A stretch of DNA of 32,000 nt, taken from assembly GCF_000021865.1 (NCBI RefSeq), contig NC_014034.1:1-32000 (forward strand). The letters run 5' to 3'. Each line of letters opens with the position of its first letter. Positions within the stretch are counted from its first letter, which is position 1. The translations under genes and the position numbers were made by a program. Shown here in pieces: positions 27,657-32,000 of this stretch. The stretch is from Rhodobacter capsulatus SB 1003 (GTDB lineage: Bacteria > Pseudomonadota > Alphaproteobacteria > Rhodobacterales > Rhodobacteraceae). The notes beneath the pieces are model-generated. The model did no database searches. It worked only from the letters and a program-made list of their open reading frames with translations, and had not been told where the DNA came from.

Positions 27657-28466
27657 ATGCATTTTCTTTTCCGACTGCGGGACCGGTTGTCCCAGACCAA
27701 CATTTTCCTGATCTCGGCCGGGGTGGCGTTCTATGCCATGCTGGCGGTGTTTCCGGGCCTGACCGCGACGATCTCGATCTGGAGCACGGTCGCCGATCCG
27801 GTCGTCATCCGCACCTATCTGGAGGTGGCGCAGAATTTCATCCCGCCCGAGGCCTATGCGATATTGGATGCTCAGGTCAGCATGTTGCTGGCGGGGCCGC
27901 GCGGGGTGATCGGCTGGGGGACGCTGGTGTCCGTGCTGTTCGCGCTCTTCTCGGCGCGGGCGGGGGTGGATGCGCTGGTGCAGGGTCTGAACGTGATCCA
28001 CGGATCAGAGCCGCGCAACACCATCTTCGGCTTCCTTTTCGGCTATCTGATGACCGTCGCGCTGGTGGGCGTGATGCTGATGGCGATGGCCACCATCGTC
28101 GCCCTGCCGATCCTGGCGAATTTCCTGCCCTTTCATGCGGTGACGACGGTGCTGCTGTCGGGCCTGCCCTGGATCGCCATGGTGGCGCTGATGCTGACGG
28201 TGCTGGGCGTGCTTTACCGCTTTGCCCCCTATCGCCCGCGTCGCCGCGATCCGATCTTTTCTTTGGGCTCGGTCGTGGCAACGCTGGTCTGGGGCGGGGC
28301 CTCGATCGGCCTCACCACCTATCTGGCGAATTTCGGCACCTACAACAAGGTCTATGGCTCGCTCGGCGCGGTCATCGCCCTGTTGATGTGGCTCTATCTT
28401 GGCGCCTTTTCGGTCCTGTTCGGCGCTGCGCTGAACGCCGAACTGGCCGACCGGCAGCGTCAATAA
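27657..28466 (+). CDS. YihY/BrkB-family inner-membrane protein
   Basis: ORF 27561..28466, trimmed to ATG 27657 (GAGGG Shine-Dalgarno 4 nt upstream). [35 protein letters not shown] matches the family N-terminus. Six predicted TM segments. Starting at 27561 would overlap the divergent AKR start. Confidence 0.75.
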   Translation: MHFLFRLRDRLSQTNIFLISAGVAFYAMLAVFPGLTATISIWSTVADPVVIRTYLEVAQNFIPPEAYAILDAQVSMLLAGPRGVIGWGTLVSVLFALFSARAGVDALVQGLNVIHGSEPRNTIFGFLFGYLMTVALVGVMLMAMATIVALPILANFLPFHAVTTVLLSGLPWIAMVALMLTVLGVLYRFAPYRPRRRDPIFSLGSVVATLVWGGASIGLTTYLANFGTYNKVYGSLGAVIALLMWLYLGAFSVLFGAALNAELADRQRQ

Positions 28467-29668
28467 AAGGCCTGCAGCCCGGTCACCGCCCGCCCAAGGA
28501 TCAGCGCATGCACATCATGCGTGCCCTCGTAGGTGTTCACCGTCTCGAGGTTGACCATGTGCCGGATCACCTGGAACGATTCGGAAATCCCGTTGCCGCC
28601 GTGCATGTCGCGGGCATTCCGCGCCGCCTCCAGCGCCTTGCCGCAATTGTTGCGCTTGATCAGCGAGATCATCTCGGGCGCGGCATTGGCCTCGTCCATC
28701 AGCCGCCCGACCTGCAAGGCCGCCTGCAGGCCCAGCGTGATATCGGTCAGCATATTGGCCAGTTTCAGCTGATAAAGCTGGGTCTGCGCCAGCGGCTTGT
28801 CGAATTGCTTGCGGTCGAGCCCGTATTGCCGCGCCGCATGAAAGCAGAACTCGGCCGCGCCCATCACGCCCCAGGCGATGCCATAGCGCGCCCGGTTCAG
28901 GCAGCCGAACGGCCCCTTCAGCCCCTCGACGCCCGGCAACAGCGCGTCTTCGCCGACCTCGACGCCCTCCATCACGATCTCGCCGGTGATCGAGGCCCGC
29001 AGCGACAGCTTGCCCGCGATCTTCGGCGCCGAAAGCCCTTTCAGACCCTTTTCCAGCACGAAACCCTTGATCTTGCCGCCATGCGCCTCGGATTTCGCCC
29101 AGACGACGAAGACATCCGCGATCGGCGCATTCGAGATCCACATCTTGGACCCCGTCAGCACATAGCCATCGGCCGTCTTCTTCGCGACGGTCTTCAGGCT
29201 CGCCGGATCGGACCCGGCATCGGGTTCGGTCAGGCCAAAACAGCCGATCCATTCGCCAGAGGCGAGCTTGGGCAGATATTTCCGCCGCTGGTCCTCGGTG
29301 CCATAGGCATAGATCGGATACATCACGAGGCTCGATTGCACCGACATCATCGAGCGATAACCGCTGTCGACCCGCTCGATTTCCCGCGCCACCAGACCAT
29401 AGGCCACATAGGACGCGCCCAGCCCGCCATATTCCTCGGGGATGGTCACGCCCAAAAGCCCCATCTGCCCCATTTCGCGGAAGATCGCCGGATCGGTTTC
29501 TTCCTCGGCAAAGGCGCGGATCACGCGGGGTTGCAGCTTTTCCTGCGCATAGGCCCGGGCCGCATCGCGCAGCATCCGTTCCTCTTCGCTCAGCTGGCCA
29601 TTCAGGCGCAGCGGGTCATCCCAGTCGAACCGGGCAAGATCGGGGGCATCCTTGGGTTTCAGGGCCAT
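28460..29668 (-). CDS. gcdH: Glutaryl-CoA dehydrogenase
   Basis: ORF 28460..29680. ATGGAGGACCAGATG places the GGAGGA Shine-Dalgarno 4 nt before the second ATG (29668). Acyl-CoA dehydrogenase signatures [14 protein letters not shown] and [22 protein letters not shown]-typical [16 protein letters not shown]. Confidence 0.9.
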   Translation of the reverse strand: MALKPKDAPDLARFDWDDPLRLNGQLSEEERMLRDAARAYAQEKLQPRVIRAFAEEETDPAIFREMGQMGLLGVTIPEEYGGLGASYVAYGLVAREIERVDSGYRSMMSVQSSLVMYPIYAYGTEDQRRKYLPKLASGEWIGCFGLTEPDAGSDPASLKTVAKKTADGYVLTGSKMWISNAPIADVFVVWAKSEAHGGKIKGFVLEKGLKGLSAPKIAGKLSLRASITGEIVMEGVEVGEDALLPGVEGLKGPFGCLNRARYGIAWGVMGAAEFCFHAARQYGLDRKQFDKPLAQTQLYQLKLANMLTDITLGLQAALQVGRLMDEANAAPEMISLIKRNNCGKALEAARNARDMHGGNGISESFQVIRHMVNLETVNTYEGTHDVHALILGRAVTGLQAFY

Positions 29669-29758
29669 CTGGTCCTCCATGCGTTCGATGCTTTATGCGC
29701 GAGGAAAAACCGCTAATCTACCGCTATTCCGGCTTATGTCGATGCACGGAGCACATAC

Positions 29759-30649
29759 ATGACCCTGCCCAGACGCTACATTCCCTCGGTCTCGCTGCTG
29801 GCCGCCTTCGAGGCGGTCTGCCGCCTTGGTTCGACCGCCGCCGCGGCGCGGGAATTGTCGCTGACGCAGGGCGCGGTCAGCCGGCTGGTGCAGAACCTTG
29901 AAGGGCAACTGGGCGTGCAGCTTTTCCGGCGCGAGGGGCGGCGGCTGATGCCGACCGAGGCGGCGCAGGCCTATGCGCGCGACGTGCGCAAGGCGCTGGA
30001 ACTGATCGCGCGCGCCTCGCTGGGGCTGCGGGCCAATCCGGGCGGTGGAGTTTTGAACCTCGCCATCCTGCCCACCTTCGGCACGCGCTGGCTGGCGCCG
30101 CGGCTGGCCGGTTTTCTGGCGGAAAACCCGGGGGTGACGCTGAACCTGGGCACGCGGCTGCGGCCCTTCGATTTCGCCACCGAGACTTTCGATGCCGCGA
30201 TCCATTTCGGTATCCGGCCCTGGCCCGATGCCGAGCAGATGCTGCTGTTCGAGGAACGCATCATCGCCGCCTGTTCCGAAGATTTCGCCCGCACCCATCC
30301 GATGCAAAGCCCGACGGATCTGCTCGATCAGTCTCTGTTGCAGCTGGAATCGCGCCCGAATGCCTGGACGGCCTGGTTCGCGCATCACGGGCTGCAGGCG
30401 CCTGCCACGCGCGGGATCATGTTCGATCAATTCGCGCCGATGATGCAGGCGGCCGCGCATGGCGTCGGCATCGCGCTTTTGCCCGAGTTTCTGGCGCTGC
30501 CCGAAATCGCCGAGGGGCGCTTGATCCGCACCCCGGGCGAAGCCGTCTCGGGCGTCGGCGCCTATTACCTTGTCTGGCCCGAGGGCGTCGCCCCCTCGCC
30601 CGCGCTGGTGGCGTTCCGCGACTGGATCGGCCGGGCCGCGGCTCAGTAA
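29759..30649 (+). CDS. LysR-family transcriptional regulator divergent from gcdH (GcdR/GcvA-like)
   Basis: 296 aa. HTH LGSTAAAARELSLTQGAVSRLVQNLEGQLGVQLFRR. LysR substrate-binding domain. Lies 90 nt from, and divergent to, gcdH. Confidence 0.85.
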   Translation: MTLPRRYIPSVSLLAAFEAVCRLGSTAAAARELSLTQGAVSRLVQNLEGQLGVQLFRREGRRLMPTEAAQAYARDVRKALELIARASLGLRANPGGGVLNLAILPTFGTRWLAPRLAGFLAENPGVTLNLGTRLRPFDFATETFDAAIHFGIRPWPDAEQMLLFEERIIAACSEDFARTHPMQSPTDLLDQSLLQLESRPNAWTAWFAHHGLQAPATRGIMFDQFAPMMQAAAHGVGIALLPEFLALPEIAEGRLIRTPGEAVSGVGAYYLVWPEGVAPSPALVAFRDWIGRAAAQ

Positions 30650-32000
30650 TCCTTTTCGAAGAATACCCCAAGCGAGCTGTCCCCCGCCGAACCGACCGAG
30701 GCCTTGGCGGTGATCTGTTTGGTGATGTCGAGGTTCAAGGTCACCTCGGCCTGACCGGAACTGTCCACCGACACGTCGGAATAGACGTTCTTCGCCAGAT
30801 ACTTGCCCGCTTTCACCGTGGCATTGCCGCTGTCATCCGTGCCGACATCGAGATCATCGAGGCCAAAGCCCTGCCGCAGCTTCGACACGATGCCATCGCC
30901 GCCCTTGCCCGCGAGCGTCGCCACCGCCGAGGCCAGCTGTGCCGCCTGCAGCGGCGAAAGGTTGGTCAGCCCCTTGTCGAACAGCAGCCGGGCCAGAACC
31001 TCTTCCTCGGGCAGTTCGGGCGATGAAGAAATGGTCAGATCGGGCGCGGTCGCCGCGCCTTCCAGCGTCAGGGAAATGTCCAGATCCTCCTGCGCCGTCG
31101 TCGCCTTGAACATCACCCAGGGCACCAGAGCGCCCTGCAGCGCCACCTGCCCGTCGGTCAGATCGAAGCGCTTGCCCAGAACGTCCAGCCGTCCGCGGAT
31201 CAGGCTGAACTGACCGACCGGAACGATCTTCGCCGTGGTGCCGGTGACGCGCAGCTGCCCGCCCAGCTCGGCATCCAGCCCGCGACCGCGCACGAAGATC
31301 TGCTGCGGCGCGGAAACCGACACGTCGAGCGCGATCGCCCTGCCGCCCCCGTTCGCCGCCCTGGCGGTTTCAATCAGCCCCGCGCGCTGCCGCGTCTGAC
31401 GCACCGCGCCGGGTTCGTGCCGATGCGTGATCGCGGGGATCGCCCCGGCCCCGCCCAGCCCGCCCGCGGGGATCCGCAGCTCGGTTTCCTCCAGCGTCAG
31501 CGCGCCGGAAATCCGCAGCGCGCCAGTCAGACCGCCGTTGACCGCCAGCTTGCCACTGACGCGGGTGTCGTAAAGCTCGGGGTCGCGCAGCCGGGCGCGG
31601 TCCAGCACCAGCGCCAGTTTCGCCGGAAAGGGCCCGGTCAGACCGACAGGCCCCGACAGCGAAAGCCCGCCGCCGCCCGCGAAACTGGCCTGACCCGACA
31701 GCTGCGCCGTGCCATTGGCCAGTTTCGCCTGCAGATCCACATCGCTCAGCGCCTGCCCCAAAGTCGGGGCCGCCACGCGCAGGTTCGACCCCATGACCTG
31801 CCCGGAAAGCGCCGAAAGCCCCGGCTTGCCCTTCAGCGCCAGATCGAAGGTCAGCGGCCCCTGCACCGATTGCGGCTCGATGAAACTGTTTGCCAGCGCG
31901 GTCTCGGCCCGGCCCGAAATCGCCAGATCGACGCTGGAGGCATCGGCGGCCATCGTGCCCTTGACCGTCGCCTGCGTGCCGCCCGGCCCGGTGCCGCGCA
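30643..32000 (-). CDS. tamB: Translocation and assembly module protein TamB, C-terminal part (partial)
   Basis: The reading frame stays open beyond ATG 31953 to the window edge (...RGTGPGGTQATVKGT-MAADASS...). Repetitive beta-rich G/L/A/S sequence. DUF490-type C-terminus GKYLAKNVYSDVSVDSSGQAEVTLNLDITKQITAKASVGSAGDSSLGVFFEKDY. Confidence 0.8.
   Translation of the reverse strand, partial: RGTGPGGTQATVKGTMAADASSVDLAISGRAETALANSFIEPQSVQGPLTFDLALKGKPGLSALSGQVMGSNLRVAAPTLGQALSDVDLQAKLANGTAQLSGQASFAGGGGLSLSGPVGLTGPFPAKLALVLDRARLRDPELYDTRVSGKLAVNGGLTGALRISGALTLEETELRIPAGGLGGAGAIPAITHRHEPGAVRQTRQRAGLIETARAANGGGRAIALDVSVSAPQQIFVRGRGLDAELGGQLRVTGTTAKIVPVGQFSLIRGRLDVLGKRFDLTDGQVALQGALVPWVMFKATTAQEDLDISLTLEGAATAPDLTISSSPELPEEEVLARLLFDKGLTNLSPLQAAQLASAVATLAGKGGDGIVSKLRQGFGLDDLDVGTDDSGNATVKAGKYLAKNVYSDVSVDSSGQAEVTLNLDITKQITAKASVGSAGDSSLGVFFEKDY

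Overview
GC-rich (about two-thirds G+C by eye) alphaproteobacterial chromosome segment, most likely Rhodobacterales-like. I do not assign a species. Gene order: a 350-nt non-coding leader; dnaA-dnaN-recF-gyrB (+, 351-6583); a small flavin reductase gene; a five-gene flagellar block motB-flgE-flgK-flgL-flgI (+, 7258-13173) ending in a rho-independent terminator; a HlyD adaptor / ABC ATPase / ABC-2 permease efflux operon (+, 13347-16341); a bidirectional terminator; a xylose operon xylF-xylH-xylG-xylB-xylA (-, 22252-16372); a divergent ROK-family regulator coupled to a secreted FG-GAP/UnbV (CRTAC1-like) protein (+, 22472-25224); an aldo/keto reductase plus di-haem CCP/MauG-family operon (-, 27559-25221); a YihY/BrkB membrane protein (+); glutaryl-CoA dehydrogenase (-) with a divergent LysR regulator (+); and the 3' end of tamB (-, runs off the window). 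Operons are very compact: ATGA or TGATG start/stop overlaps occur at eight co-directional junctions. Several ORF-track N-termini are over-extended, so I re-set starts using Shine-Dalgarno position, signal peptides and family N-termini. I found no CRISPR array, tRNA/rRNA, transposase, integrase or recognisable defence genes. The window reads as core chromosome, and I cannot claim a clearly novel system. The points most worth a second look are: (i) CtrA-type boxes (TTAA-N7-TTAA) upstream of motB and flgE; (ii) the poorly characterised ROK / FG-GAP-UnbV / di-haem peroxidase / AKR neighbourhood at 22.3-27.6 kb, including its AT-rich control region; (iii) three of the four convergent gene pairs share or overlap stop codons (TTAA, TCAATAA, TCAGTAA) and have no terminator. 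The many long ORFs antisense to recognised genes are treated as GC-composition artefacts.
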